Shown here: in pieces, positions 50,614 through 63,992 of the stretch | Numbering within the stretch: the stretch's first letter is position 1 | Layout: each line of letters begins with the position of its first letter | Assembly: GCA_021613535.1 (NCBI GenBank) | Contig: CP075492.1 | Location: 18,104,001 to 18,168,000, forward strand | DNA: 64,000 bases | Direction of reading: 5' to 3' | Origin: Adineta vaga | Lineage: Eukaryota > Animalia > Rotifera | The notes under the pieces: generated by a model | Database searches by the model: none | What the model was told of the DNA's origin: nothing | What the model saw: the letters and a program-made list of their open reading frames with translations, nothing else | Translations under genes and position numbers: made by a program

Positions 50614-52698
50614 TTATGGTTTCAGTTGAGTTGATGCAGTCTTGACAAAGAGTGGAAAGTCATTGACAGTAGTAGAAATATTGTATCTTTGACCACCTGG
50701 ATAATTTTGTTTGGTATAATAATGTTGCCACACTAAATTCTGACCATCGAGTTTAGGTAAATAAACCGAACGTGATGTGGCTTGATATGCATAAACAGGA
50801 GCAACTAAATAATCTGATCCAAATAAATATTGATCTTCAGCAAAATAACATTCTTGATCATTACTAAAATCATAAAACATAGGTCGTACAATAGGTGTTC
50901 CATTTTGACTAGAAATATTTAAATGATATTCAATATAATCACGTAAAGTTTCACGTAATCGAATAATAGCAGTAATTTGTTCACTATACTTAAATAACCA
51001 TACTTCATTATGATTACCAGAAAAGCCACATTCATTGTTTGGTAAAGGTGGATAACGTTCACCATGTACACGAAATAATGGACAGAATGCTCCAAATTGA
51101 AACCATCTTACTAACAATTCTTGAAATTCATCATCACTTAAACCAGCATAACGATAACCACCAATATCCGTTGTCCACCAATAAATACCAGATAATCCAA
51201 CATTTTGTGCTATTTTAATCTGTTTTGATAACTCGACCCATGATGAATCAATATCACCACTCCAAACACCTACATTCAATGTTTGACTTCCTACCCATGC
51301 TTGTCGACTAAGCATAATTATATCTTCTTCTTTTTCTCCTCTTAAACCATCATAAAATGTTCGTTGATGTTCTCTTGCCCAAACCATTGCAATTTCATCA
51401 TCATGTCGACCATTCCACCATTGATAACCAGGACGAGTTCCTTCAGGTTCATCAGCATCTAACCAATAGACTTTGATACCATAATCAAAATAATTTTGTT
51501 TTACTTTGCTCCAAAAAAATTGTCGTGTTGCTGGATTAAGCTCATCAGTAATATGAAGAGAATCGAATAGTCTAGGTATAGAACTTCCATTTGCGTCATG
51601 AGTCAATAAATTTTCTGCTTTCATTATATTAAAATTTTCCGAGTCTTCTGCTACAACAGGCCAGACAGAAACCATTACCTTCATTCCATATGAATTTAAT
51701 TGATTCATCATTTGTGGTACATCGGGCCAACATTTGGTATCAAATTTCCAGTCTCCCATCTTCGTCCAATGAAACCAATCAATTACAATAATGCTTAGTG
51801 GTATTTGTCGATCATAGTAACCTTTGGCTACATCTAATAGTTCTTGTTGACTGCGATAACGATTTTTACTTTGCCAAAAACCTGAAGCAAATTTTGGTAA
51901 TGGATTTGGATGACCAACAGCATCAGCATAATTTTTCATAAGAGCAGCATAAGGTGACGAAGAGGTATTTTGTCCATTGGGTGGTGTTGTTGTTATCCAT
52001 AAATCGAGTTGATGTGTAGCAGATGCAGTCCACGCGATTTGACTATCATTTCGAACGCTAAACGAACCATAACCTGGTTGATTCCAAAGAATTCCAAAAC
52101 CTGATGTGTGTATATACCATGGAATTGTTACATCTCCATTCACTGGAGCAGTTGATGAAAAGACAAATGGCAAAAAGAAATTATGGTATGGTAAAGTTAA
52201 ATTATCGAAATAACGATGTTGCCCTAAACCATATAACAATCCATTTTGAACATGAATATAACTCAATGATAATTGATAAAGACTATAAACAGGTGGATAA
52301 ATAGATTGTGGATAGCTATATGGCGAAAATATGGTTGATTGTGTTTGAATAAGAACAACTCCATCTGATATCCGTTGAATAGACCATGTTGTATTATCAT
52401 CACTTATGTTAAATTTAATATTGCCATAAACAAATGTATTTTTATCCGGTTGTTGACAAACTTCTTCGTTTACACTTGGATGTTCTGGACGTAATGCTTG
52501 ATAGTCTGGTGTTTGTACAATTATATCCGGACTTTGACGTATTCGAATACTATCAGTACCCCATGAGTCCACTTGCAATTGTTGTGTTATACCATATGCA
52601 TTTATTTCTCTCTTGAATACACAGGATGATGCATCGGCAAATGAAATCAATACAAGAACCATTGGAATGATCAGCTCATAATAATATTTAGCCATCAT
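50614..52698 (-). CDS. Glycoside hydrolase family 31 (alpha-glucosidase/xylosidase-like), secreted, intronless
   Basis: YGLGQH, GFWQSKNRY, IVIDW, nucleophile WLDADEPE, acid/base WSGDI, DIGG, RWFQFGAFCPLFRVHG and YLVAPV. Confidence 0.92.
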   Translation of the reverse strand: MMAKYYYELIIPMVLVLISFADASSCVFKREINAYGITQQLQVDSWGTDSIRIRQSPDIIVQTPDYQALRPEHPSVNEEVCQQPDKNTFVYGNIKFNISDDNTTWSIQRISDGVVLIQTQSTIFSPYSYPQSIYPPVYSLYQLSLSYIHVQNGLLYGLGQHRYFDNLTLPYHNFFLPFVFSSTAPVNGDVTIPWYIHTSGFGILWNQPGYGSFSVRNDSQIAWTASATHQLDLWITTTPPNGQNTSSSPYAALMKNYADAVGHPNPLPKFASGFWQSKNRYRSQQELLDVAKGYYDRQIPLSIIVIDWFHWTKMGDWKFDTKCWPDVPQMMNQLNSYGMKVMVSVWPVVAEDSENFNIMKAENLLTHDANGSSIPRLFDSLHITDELNPATRQFFWSKVKQNYFDYGIKVYWLDADEPEGTRPGYQWWNGRHDDEIAMVWAREHQRTFYDGLRGEKEEDIIMLSRQAWVGSQTLNVGVWSGDIDSSWVELSKQIKIAQNVGLSGIYWWTTDIGGYRYAGLSDDEFQELLVRWFQFGAFCPLFRVHGERYPPLPNNECGFSGNHNEVWLFKYSEQITAIIRLRETLRDYIEYHLNISSQNGTPIVRPMFYDFSNDQECYFAEDQYLFGSDYLVAPVYAYQATSRSVYLPKLDGQNLVWQHYYTKQNYPGGQRYNISTTVNDFPLFVKTASTQLKP

Positions 52699-54532
52699 TA
52701 ACAATTTGAAATGATTATACTAAATAATAAAAAGAATTTATTTTCATCCCTTCTTACAACCCCAAAAGGCATGTAAATAACAAAAAAAAATTTATATTGT
52801 AGGAACTGATGAATGATCTTAATTTCATTTACAGGTACTCACTCGATTTTAACTACTCGAACGTTTTACCTGTATATATATATATATATGCAGGTGTTTT
52901 ATCTGCCTATCGATAATGGAGGTAGTTCTCAAATAACTCTTCAGTGGCTAATGCAAATAATGAAATCTTGTAAAAAAAAATACACAAGGTTGATAAGAAT
53001 ATACATGTATATGGCGATAAAAAGCCTACCCATTTAAACGTTACTTTGGTGGAGATAAATTTAGACAATCCTATCTTGATGAATGTATTCAAATGAATGT
53101 TTCTGACTGGGTACATTGTGAATATTATGTTGCAAATACTTGAAGGTCGATCTTCAGCTTGTGGGTGAGGATTTGGGCGTGGTTGAGGATAGAAATCGGT
53201 TAGTGTTGTCAGATCCAAAATCTTAAAAATCGGAATTTTTACATCGAATTCGGAAAGCGATTTTCACAGTTTTTGACATTTAAGTTTGAAGTTTTCAGAT
53301 AAAAAAAGTATTCTAAACTTGATTATTTTTTCTGTAAATATATTATATTTCATCATGATCAGAATTAAAACAGATACATTAAATATAGTGCTATTAGAAA
53401 ATATAATTTTTGAAGAAAATACAATTAATACAAGAAAAACAACTTGAAATCTTGTTAGCGTTTGTGATAAGTCACTCAACGCTAAACTGGAGATTAAGTT
53501 GGTTCTTCTAATCTAATTGGCTTAGAACATCTACCCGGATAGCAGAAGGTGTGTGTGCATTCAAAGACAATGATGACACCCTCACCAACCCACATCTTTA
53601 TTCTTGTAATGAGTTCCAACATCACTTTCATGTAAAAAAAATATCAATAGAAAAAGTAGGTAAGCAAAAAGATATGAAATTTATAAGTTTTTTTTTCTAG
53701 TCTTAAATGAAATAAAAGACGATTATACTTCTACAAGGTTTTAGAAAGCCTCATGATCTTTTTTGGATTATACAATTTTCTATTAAATCATGGAAAACAT
53801 AACGAAATTAAATAATAAGAGTGATTACGTGTCGAATCATAGTTTATCAAAGTAAAGGAAGGCACTGAGGACTAGTATAATTCTTTTCAAAAAAAGATTA
53901 GCAAATCTAATGAATGATTGTTACTCGTCTTTCTAGCACGAAATTATCTAATGATGATCAAAGTATGGGTTCGTGTGAGTCTCTTTTTTACATGAAACTT
54001 TATGCAGAGATGTCTGCTTGTCAATCAAAATATTTGTCATAGTTAAATACATGACAACATAATTTTGATTTCAAGAAATATATGCGCTCAAATAAGACTG
54101 ACAAATTTAATTAAATCAATGATATGTTTCAAATAAATGTTTCATAAATAGATAAAATGAGTATTTTAATAAATAGATCATATTTTATTGTCTTTGTCAG
54201 ATATAAATTTCATATCAGAGTGATATTATTTAAAAACCATCGAAAGATAGAAAATGAAAGTTTCAGTATCCGCACACGATTAACTACCACTCTATTTAAA
54301 AAACCTTCTCTGGAAAGTTAACAACATAGAGGAGACGATAGTGTTCAGTTCGATTTGTTGTTCATTTGGCTATTTGTCTTTTGGATAGTAATAATATTTG
54401 TACAGTATTAAAAGGTCTGTGCATCTAAGTTTGTGATATACTAATTACTTGTTTTCGTTATCAGATAATAATTTAAACGATCGACAAAAGAACCATTCTC
54501 GTTTTGTATTTAGAAGAGTCCGTCGCTTCCAT

Positions 54533-56086
54533 ATGGATTCAATGATTTGTGTCACCACCTTTCAGTTCTTGTCAATTCTACTGTTTTTCTTACCGGACAC
54601 AATCGTCACTAAAACAATAATGTGTCGTACAAGTCAGTATATGTATATCACTCAAGTGAACAACTTCGATTACCATGTCTTCAAACAGAAACTTGAACTT
54701 ACTCTTAACAAGATAGATAAATTAATTTCGAAATCAAAAGTATGTACTGCAACCATCGTCATAGATCATACAACTTCAGAAGCGAAGATTTCTTTTACTA
54801 ATGAGAATGCAACGGAAGAAATGCAGGTAAGCAATTCAATTATAATACATAGTTTTATTCATAATAAATAGGCATCCAAGGATGACGGTGGACTACTGAT
54901 TTCACTAGTCCATCACATCTACAGTGAATCGATAGATCTATAAGATCTGTGGCCAGTGCGCCGTCACCATTGGATCTCTAATAACAAATGTTCATCCATT
55001 TATTTGAGTTCTTAATAATTTATAAAGAAATACTTTTTTTGCATCTAAGGTTTCCATTCACTTAATGATCGCTGGCAGCTGCATGATCAAAAACAATGTT
55101 CGTACGGAAGTCAAAGTAAAATGTTCGACTTCTCCATCTTGCAATGTAGACTTTGTACTTTCACTATTTGCATCCTCAAAGAGTTGCTCTTATTTGATCA
55201 ATGATGACACACATAATGAACTGAGAAAGATGCTTGCGAAAATAGTGACTCGTTCCGGTGAAAAATCTAAACCAATGCACTGTTTCGATAAAAGTCTGAC
55301 GTTAGTCAATTGTTCTTTTATAGCAGAAAGATGCGAGGCCAAAATAATTGATTGGAATAACTGGACTATGTCGACATGTACCAACGCAAAAATTGGATCG
55401 ATTAGTGTGTTGATTCAAACAGAAATCAACAATTTATATTCTTATGTCGGCATAAACTACGATGATGCGATTTCCAGACGTACGATTGGTTATTCATGCG
55501 ACTTCAATGCTTGTAACGGAAACACAACCTTACAGGATATTCGAAAAGTGATAGATTCTCACTACAGTATCAATCCTCTCTTGAATCATCATGAATTAAT
55601 GGAAATCACATCGACAAATTTAAATATATTTTCTTATCCTCATTATTATATGACAACAATGAACACAAATAAGTATTTTCATTTGTCTAAATTATAGTTT
55701 ATTAGAGCACTTTGAACTTTAAACTAAGAATCTCTCGAGAATAAAGAAATAATTAGATCAAAAGTTTGTTCGATCATCAAAGTGGCATTTTGCAGACCAG
55801 CGAAGTTAGATTAGTTTCAGTAGACTTGCAAATGACTTATTCTTATTGCTGCATTGCATAAAAAGTAGCCTTGAACAATTTTAGATTAACAACGACATTA
55901 AAGCTAAACCCAACAACAAATTCGGATATGAACATGACGTCGAGAGTTCAGCAAACGTCGACTATATATTTTCCGGAAAATTTAACAACAATCAGAAAAC
56001 CATTCAATTCTGCAATACCTATCCGAGCACAATACATACTTTACAGCGTGTTTATAACCACAATAATATTTGGTACAAAACAATGA
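54533..56086 (+). CDS. Secreted Cys-rich protein with Thr-rich stalk and hydrophobic C-terminus, three exons
   Basis: Signal peptide from ATG 54533. Intron 54827-55049 is in phase 0. YSCDFNACN motif; last exon starts near 55885. Confidence 0.6.
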
Positions 56087-56362
56087 TATATCATTTTGTA
56101 TTTCATCGAAAATACAAAAACAAATAAAGTTTCTATTAATCATATTTATTCTCATCTTCACGTAATTTCGATCTGCGAGTGGATTTAGGACAGTTACTCG
56201 AAAATGTGAATAAGAGAAAGACAATCCACACCCTCAGTTTTTATCCTTTCAAATTACGAGCTAATACATTTCAAACTGATCAAATATCGAGTATATTTAT
56301 TTAAATTTTTCGAAAAAAAAATGCAATGACGATATACGTTTATATGTTTTAAATTTTAGTCA

Positions 56363-59300
56363 CTAAACCCGTTTGAATAATTTCTTCCATTTATCTATGA
56401 AAATTTGAATATACGATGCAGCAGGTAGAACAAATATGATGAATGTTGCTGTTACTGGAATAAATGATAAAAAATAGCATAAAGTTGTCACATAGAGTTG
56501 CCATCGGTATTTAATACATTTAATAGCAAGGATAATAATTAACATGGGAAGTTTGAAGATAATCATCGCAATCGGACTTAAAATTAGATCTTTATGTTTC
56601 ATGAATTGTTTTTTTAAAATATTTGCATATGTTATCTTTCCCGTTTTTTTCTTCACCTTTGAAAGATTAATCAAGAGAATCACAGCTGAAATAAGATTGA
56701 TCAAAAATGGAACGATAATCTTGAAAAGATTCATCATAGCATTGTATGTTTGTAACCAAGGTAATGGGAATTTAATGACACACCAAAGACGTTCATCTGA
56801 ACGTGGATCTGGAATTAGTTCGTTACTAAATACTTGATGAATCGATAATAAAAGAAGACTAATTAATAATATTGGTACAACAAACTTAACCATACGAAAA
56901 CTAAGTGCTTCATCAAAATGGATACCTCGAAGTACACGAACAGTTCGTTCACAAGCTACACAAGCCGAAAGCCAATCACATAAAGAAATTGACAATTGTA
57001 AAAGAAAATCGAATAACTTACAACTAATATTAAGAAATTGTCTGTTCGTTAGAATTGTCATTTGACTAATAAGAAGATAAATGAATCGAGAAAGAAAAAT
57101 AATCAAACTAATTTGACTGACAATCGATAAAACAAGCAAATAGAATCCACAACCGGTGCTTCTAATTTGAATATGAGAAAATGTAAGTAATGAAAAAAGA
57201 TTTGAATTAATACCAATAAAAAATAATAAAATAACAAAAGTCAATAGAATTTTAACAAAAGGTTTTTGTTGATAAAAAAATACGTCAGTAAGAATTTCTT
57301 GACCGAGTATAGAATCAAGAGTGAGTGAATATTGTGTCATAGTAAGTTGACAAAACATTCCGTAATGACATTCAGGACAAACACATGCAAATTGAATTTG
57401 ATCTACACGTTTATTATCTAAACAACGACCTCCATTTTCACAATAATTATGATCAATACAATCCATTACTTCATGATTGAAAAGTAAACAATCAATAAGT
57501 TGATCTCGATCAACAAGACAAATGTATATTTCATCGAAAAAACATCGTACATCTTGAAAATAAATATGATAAAATTTGATTCGTTTAATCCATGATAAAT
57601 TCATTATCATATTCGGTAATCGTTCACTTACATGTAAACATCGATGTTTGAAATTTAATGTTTTTATTAAACTCGTACGATTATGATCAATTAGGGATAG
57701 TAAATAATAGAAACCATAATAAGAAGATAGATCAATAAATGCTTGTACGATTATAATAGATGGTAAAAATTGTTGTTGATAATCATAAATAATAATTTCT
57801 GTATTTGGATGAATATTTTGTAAGAAATAAGTACTTCGATGAGATAAAACACCTGGTGTCCGTTTATGCGTATGTAAGAAGTGTGTTACCATAGCTGGAA
57901 TAAATTCTATTGCTTGTGGAATTAATATTGTTAGAAGTGCAGTTTTATATTGACATAGATCTCCATAGTAATCAATAGGACAAAAACATACTTTATTTAA
58001 AGTACGTTCATCAAGTGATACACAATGACCACCATTTTTACAATGAATTCCATAACATGAATCGTATGGAATACGACAATTGTGTCCAAGACGACCTAGA
58101 GTACATAAACAAACAGCATGATTTCCATGAATAATACATTTCGAATATACAGTATCACAATTCAAATGTTTACATGGATTAATAATTAAACTTTGATTAC
58201 ATGTTAAACCAGTCCAATTTTGATGACATAAACAAAATATTTTTTCACGATCATTAACATATGACATACATTGACCATGAATACATTTGAAACGTTGACA
58301 AAATATTTTATTCGAAGATGTTGATTCAAGATTGAGTAGAAGTACTAATCGATTTACAGGAAGAAATGAAAATTGTATTGGATAGTACCAAATGAGAGAT
58401 AATGAATTCACTTTAGTAGAAGTTACTGGATAAGCTTCAATTTGAACAAAATAATTATTGTTCTTAGATTGATTATTTTGACGAGAATATATTAAATAGA
58501 TAAGATATTTCAAAGTTGATTGTTTACTTGGCATATAAAGAATTGTTTCAAAACTAATGACTTCATAATTATGATTAAATAAGAAAAAAATTAGATGATA
58601 AATTGTATTTTGATCAAAACTAGGAGGTATTTCGCTTCGAAATATAATTGATAATCGTTCGCTTTGATATTGACATTGAGTACCATAGTAACTTGGTGGA
58701 CAAATACATTTAATATCACCATCTTTTGAATATAATTTAATTCCGCGATGACAATGAGAAATGATATTTAATTTAATATCAATATTCTTTTTTTCTTTCA
58801 TTGGAATATTATTATTACTAACAATTGTTTTTTGTAATATTAATCGTTGAATTTGATCTTCATAAGGTTCAATATCAAATCCTATTAATGTGAAAGGACG
58901 ATAAACATCGAGTGTTTTTGTGTTACTTAAGTCACATGCCCATTCATCATCACCATCAGGCAAACAATCAATTTGTCTATCACATCGTCTCCATAGAGTG
59001 ATACACATTCCATTCTTACATCTATATTCATGATTTAAACAACTCATCTTTAAATTCCATGAACAAAGTAACTCATCATCTTGAAGTGGACATTCCGCTT
59101 TTTGATCACACAACTGACGAGTCTCAACAATACTAGTTGAATTTATACATCGACCATAATTTTCTGGACGAAGTATATTAGCAATGTCAGCACTAAAAGT
59201 AGTTACTCTTATTCCAGGTGTTAGTCGTTCATCCATGCCAAATAAACAATCAATTCGACCATCTCCTGCCTTTGATAAAGGTAGACATCCAAGCGTTGAT

Positions 59301-61282
59301 TTATTATACTGAGGACAATAATGTTCATCAATAGAACAATTTGCTATTACTTGACTAATATAATTGGGTATTAAACCAGTACAATTCAATTCATCACACC
59401 CATTTTGACGGTTCCAAATTCCATTGCAACGATGAGCTCGAGTTTTACAAGGCCATGCATCACAATCTGTTTCATCGTCAGTACTTATCTTTCCGAGTAC
59501 TAACATATTTCCGTTGCATAATTCTTCGTAAACTACTGGAAATGATAAACTAAAATTGTAATTACGTAAAAATTGACAATCATAATCGTATGTACATTCA
59601 AATGGAATTAATTCATCGAATGAATTCCAACAATCCTGCCAACCATCATATAATAAACGTCTTGGTAAACATGTACGTGGTGTATCAACTGTAAATAAAC
59701 ATTCAATTCGATTGGTTAAATTCCATGAACATGATTGTGAACTATCAGCTTCATCCTCATCATTTGGATGACAATCATAAAGACCATCTTTTAATCGATG
59801 AGGAGATATCTGCAAACCAATTTTACATGTATATAATGTTGTATAAGATACTGAATTCGAATAATTTGAGAAGATATTTTGTATCATTGATAAAAGTGAA
59901 ATACCATGAACAACATGATTAAATATATGTATCGAGAGTGCATTATCAAAAGCATTCAAATGATAACAATTTAGTCCATGTATTATTTGTAATGGATAAT
60001 ATGAATTCCACGGTTTTATATTATATACTGATGTATTATAACAAACCATACGAGGCATTATCAGATTTCTTCCACCCTTTGGAACAGATTCGTAAAGTTC
60101 TGACCCATATAACCACTGAACATATGGATAAAAAATTGTTGGTTCAAGAAAAAACAATCCATCATTCACTGATGAACATAATGAGGTACGATAATAAAGA
60201 TCTAAACAAAATTGAGCAATATTTTCAATAGCAAGTCGACAGTTTGATTTAGGAACTGTAGGTGACTCATACAAGCATGATAAACCGATGTTGCAAATTT
60301 TCAAACGCCAACATTCATCGGATAATCTATTATTATGATTAGCATATATATGTTTTATTAAAAGAGCATCACGTTGATTAGCACATGATTTTATAAAAGA
60401 ATTTTTCTGTATATAATCTATACATTGACCATCTCCACATGAAAATAGTGAAAGTCCACAAGAATGTTCTTCACAGTCTGCTGATGCCCATTGTTTGCAA
60501 TCGGAATCAAATTTAAAAATCATAAAAGTTTTTTTTTCATCATCCCATTCTGGACAATCGGGTGTAAGATCAAATGAAAATGCTCGAGGAATGCAATGGC
60601 CACTCATACATCGATATTCAGTTTTTTCATTACATTCACTAATCTCCTTTTCTAAACAATGTTCTTCATCAATACTATTTAAACAATCAACTCGACCATC
60701 GCATATTTGACGCCAATCTAAACAAAAACCTGTGTAAGTTGTACAATTTAAGAGTATGTAACATGTAACATCTCTTTCTTGATTTAACGTTCGAATATCT
60801 TCTGTTTTCTCTTGATTAAATGTTGCATCGAATAATTCATCAACTGTTGTTTTGAATAATGCCGAAAAATATTGACAACGATTACCAAATGAACGATCGA
60901 GTTGAGAACAATTGCAGAATGATTCATTTCCTCCCGTACCACTGATCAAATACTCTTGATAATCTGAAATCAAATCAATTGGAGCTATCCATTCCATCAA
61001 TTGTTTGGCTGTAATATCATTTTGTTTTAGTTCTACGAATGTTATTTTCTTTCCATAACATGACAGTTTTGCCTCAACTTGAGATGTAACAGGTGTACGA
61101 ATACAATACGGTATCAAATGACGAGATCGTCCATTTAATTCATTAGCGTATCGATACAAACACGTATGATCTTCATTAATAATCGAGTACTTACTATGAT
61201 ATAGACGAAAATGCGCCTTTGATAAATGAATTATCGATGCGAACATAAATATTACGAGTAAATTATTTAATAGCGACATCAT
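56363..61282 (-). CDS. LDLa/EGF-repeat 7TM receptor, 1639 aa, intact single ORF
   Basis: Signal peptide, many LDLa repeats (CLDWRQICDGRVDC), EGF repeats and a 7TM region (CVACERT). Paralog of the interrupted gene. Confidence 0.92.
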   Translation of the reverse strand: MMSLLNNLLVIFMFASIIHLSKAHFRLYHSKYSIINEDHTCLYRYANELNGRSRHLIPYCIRTPVTSQVEAKLSCYGKKITFVELKQNDITAKQLMEWIAPIDLISDYQEYLISGTGGNESFCNCSQLDRSFGNRCQYFSALFKTTVDELFDATFNQEKTEDIRTLNQERDVTCYILLNCTTYTGFCLDWRQICDGRVDCLNSIDEEHCLEKEISECNEKTEYRCMSGHCIPRAFSFDLTPDCPEWDDEKKTFMIFKFDSDCKQWASADCEEHSCGLSLFSCGDGQCIDYIQKNSFIKSCANQRDALLIKHIYANHNNRLSDECWRLKICNIGLSCLYESPTVPKSNCRLAIENIAQFCLDLYYRTSLCSSVNDGLFFLEPTIFYPYVQWLYGSELYESVPKGGRNLIMPRMVCYNTSVYNIKPWNSYYPLQIIHGLNCYHLNAFDNALSIHIFNHVVHGISLLSMIQNIFSNYSNSVSYTTLYTCKIGLQISPHRLKDGLYDCHPNDEDEADSSQSCSWNLTNRIECLFTVDTPRTCLPRRLLYDGWQDCWNSFDELIPFECTYDYDCQFLRNYNFSLSFPVVYEELCNGNMLVLGKISTDDETDCDAWPCKTRAHRCNGIWNRQNGCDELNCTGLIPNYISQVIANCSIDEHYCPQYNKSTLGCLPLSKAGDGRIDCLFGMDERLTPGIRVTTFSADIANILRPENYGRCINSTSIVETRQLCDQKAECPLQDDELLCSWNLKMSCLNHEYRCKNGMCITLWRRCDRQIDCLPDGDDEWACDLSNTKTLDVYRPFTLIGFDIEPYEDQIQRLILQKTIVSNNNIPMKEKKNIDIKLNIISHCHRGIKLYSKDGDIKCICPPSYYGTQCQYQSERLSIIFRSEIPPSFDQNTIYHLIFFLFNHNYEVISFETILYMPSKQSTLKYLIYLIYSRQNNQSKNNNYFVQIEAYPVTSTKVNSLSLIWYYPIQFSFLPVNRLVLLLNLESTSSNKIFCQRFKCIHGQCMSYVNDREKIFCLCHQNWTGLTCNQSLIINPCKHLNCDTVYSKCIIHGNHAVCLCTLGRLGHNCRIPYDSCYGIHCKNGGHCVSLDERTLNKVCFCPIDYYGDLCQYKTALLTILIPQAIEFIPAMVTHFLHTHKRTPGVLSHRSTYFLQNIHPNTEIIIYDYQQQFLPSIIIVQAFIDLSSYYGFYYLLSLIDHNRTSLIKTLNFKHRCLHVSERLPNMIMNLSWIKRIKFYHIYFQDVRCFFDEIYICLVDRDQLIDCLLFNHEVMDCIDHNYCENGGRCLDNKRVDQIQFACVCPECHYGMFCQLTMTQYSLTLDSILGQEILTDVFFYQQKPFVKILLTFVILLFFIGINSNLFSLLTFSHIQIRSTGCGFYLLVLSIVSQISLIIFLSRFIYLLISQMTILTNRQFLNISCKLFDFLLQLSISLCDWLSACVACERTVRVLRGIHFDEALSFRMVKFVVPILLISLLLLSIHQVFSNELIPDPRSDERLWCVIKFPLPWLQTYNAMMNLFKIIVPFLINLISAVILLINLSKVKKKTGKITYANILKKQFMKHKDLILSPIAMIIFKLPMLIIILAIKCIKYRWQLYVTTLCYFLSFIPVTATFIIFVLPAASYIQIFIDKWKKLFKRV

Positions 61283-61731
61283 ATACTTTCATATACATGT
61301 ATGTTATGATTATTTTATTTTATCTACTACTGTCATTTTATTAACTATGTATAATACGATAAAACTTGGAGATGATTAATCAATATAATGGCTACTTCAA
61401 ACATGTCAAATAAAAAATCTTGCTCTATTTGACTAAATATGTCAAAATCCAGGATTTATGATGACGAAAAGTATGACAGATTACTTTTTCTCTAATGCAA
61501 GCAAAAGAATATCGAAATAGATAGACACGTTGATACTAGAAGGTATTTATGAAAAGATGAACTCATTGAAGGTCTTATTTCCTCGACTGAAAGGACAGTC
61601 ATATGGAAAAAATGATTCGATTTAATTACTAATTTTGACATATTGTGAAGTAGAGTGTTCAGATACTTGATTAATACCGATAGTTAAAGATCTTTATATC
61701 GTATTTGTATACCTTGACATACAACCATCTT

Positions 61732-61785
61732 GAGGGTGTGGGTGAAAGTGTAACTATCTCTCTTTTACCCACACCAACACCCTTC
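61732..61785. repeat. Head-to-head telomere-like hairpin
   Basis: ACCATCTT|GAGGGTGTGGGTGAAAG...CTTTTACCCACACCAACACCCTTC. Confidence 0.7.
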
Positions 61786-62574
61786 AATGTACCATTCTCA
61801 CGTGTGCAACGTTTCTATGATTTAATTATTTAAAGATGTTTCGATCGCAAAGTGATATTAATGAAAAAATGATGCAAATATCAACTTGCTGAAATAGAAA
61901 GATTACATGAATTATATATATAGTAACGCAACTGCGCTTTTGGCGCCTACAAAATATTTTTTATCTTAAAACATTCAACAAAAAAGACTGAACATTTTTT
62001 TTTTGAATGTTTCGATTTAAATGAAGGTATTTGTATTGCTTATTTCTATACTACTGCTAGACCATTCCTTCGAACATTAGCAGATGCCAAAAAATACTTA
62101 TATCTTTCTCGCAGTCGAGGGTTAAGTGAATCGAAACGACGAATACTACTTGCAAATTACTATAAGTAAAATTAACATTTTTGTTTAAATCATGAATTCC
62201 ATTTTGTGCAGCAAATGATGAATGATTATTGGATGAAAAAAGTTTACGTGTTAATTCAAATCTAAAATAAACTATTTCACTACATGATACTGAAGTGAAT
62301 GTAATTTGTGATCAAGACCACAATGCATGTACTTTTCAATTTTTGAACAGATATGTAGTTTTAGATCATCTACAAAATCACCACATATACAACTCGCTTC
62401 CATCTTCATCGTATTTCAGAGAAAAAAAAGATGTTCATTGATTTTTTAGTGATTAAAGCTAGATAGTAAATCAAACTTTTTTACGTTCTTTTACATGTGT
62501 ATTGTCATAGTCATATAGTGATAAACGAAAAATCTTTTCTTATAAATATAACTTCACAATCAGTTTTAATCCAT

Positions 62575-63992
62575 TCAACCTAATGCAAATGTAGCTGCAA
62601 TTTCGGCAGCAGTTCGTACAAATGGATAAAACCAAACTTCATCAATGCAACCACTAAAACTGATATTAGCAGACGGTTCATACAAAGCAACATTGCCGAT
62701 TTCTAATGAATATGGTACACCTAGAATAGGTCCATGAGAACCACTCGATGAATCAAAAGTTCCATTGATATAGATAGATATTGTAGTTGATGTGAGATTA
62801 TAAACAGAAGCGACATGAGTCCACGTATTGTTCGATAAAGTGCGAACGCTCAGATGACTATCTGACCGGAAATTGAGAACCATGTTACCAGTGCCAGTGA
62901 TCGCAGTGCGAACGCACTGACGTGTGTCTAAAACTGAGCATTGACCGAAAATGACCTGTTCAGTACCATCACCGATTCGTGATGATTGAATCCAAGCTTC
63001 TACTGAATACGATATAGAACGTAAGTCAACCAATGGAGTTTGACTAATTGTTACAGACTGACGAAGTGATCTCGATAGATTTAAACATTTACCACATCCA
63101 TTTCGACCGATTCCGTACGATAATGGACCATTTCGACTACTGCCATTATAAACATTAAATTTATCATTTAAACCATTGGCAAACAACCATCCCAATGTTG
63201 CAGCTAAAGCACAAAGAATTAATAAATGTGATGATGAGAGAAAAATACGTATTTCATACATCTTCCTGAAGGTGTTACTTCAGTGTTGATACACTCAGTC
63301 GTTGTTGTTTGTGATGTTGATGATGTTGCTGTGCTTGTAGATGTTGTTGTTGTAGTTGGCCCTATATCGAATAATAAAAGTCAAAGTAAATCTACTTAGA
63401 GTTTTTACTATTTGAATACTCTCTATCTATCAAACGAGCTATAAATGAAAGAAATTAACGTTAAACAGCTTCTTTTAATCTGCTCGAGTCGTTGCAACGA
63501 AGGATATCGAAAAAACGACTGTTTATCACACATCAATAATCTGAAGGATACTACAATTATCCCTATAAAGTATTATCTAGTCTAATACCTATCTAAAAAA
63601 GCTCATTTCTCGTTGTAAGATCTCTATCAAAATATATAATAGTTATACTAACCAGGTGGATTTCGAGTACCAGTGATAACAATCATGGTAATAGTGTCTT
63701 CAACAGCTACCATATTACCAGTCTCACTTTGAATATTATCAAACAGTTCACAACGTGACGTTGATTTATAGAAGCTCATTGCTGTACATTGTATTTGTGA
63801 TAAACAAGCTGTTTGACATTTCCGAATAGTTGCTAGATTAACCGCCACCAATGGTACACATGTTGTGTTAGTACATTTAAATTGCAAACCATGTATAGCA
63901 AACATTCGAACTGATCGCATCTCTTCTTCAATGGACTGTTCACCAAATACAAATAAAAGAAACAAAAAAGAAACACTTCTCAAAGTCATCAT
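62575..63992 (-). CDS. Secreted PAN/apple + Thr-rich linker + LamG (concanavalin-like) protein, multi-exon
   Basis: PAN exon (CQTACLSQIQCTAMSF...CELF) ends at a GT donor. A Thr-rich exon lies near 63362-63250. LamG exon reads YSVEAWI...WTHVASVY...IYING...FSGCIDEV. Confidence 0.7.

Noticed and set aside
52813-53130. Possible exon fragment (VFYLPIDNGGSSQITLQWL...)
   Set aside because: Too short, with no recognisable family or gene structure.
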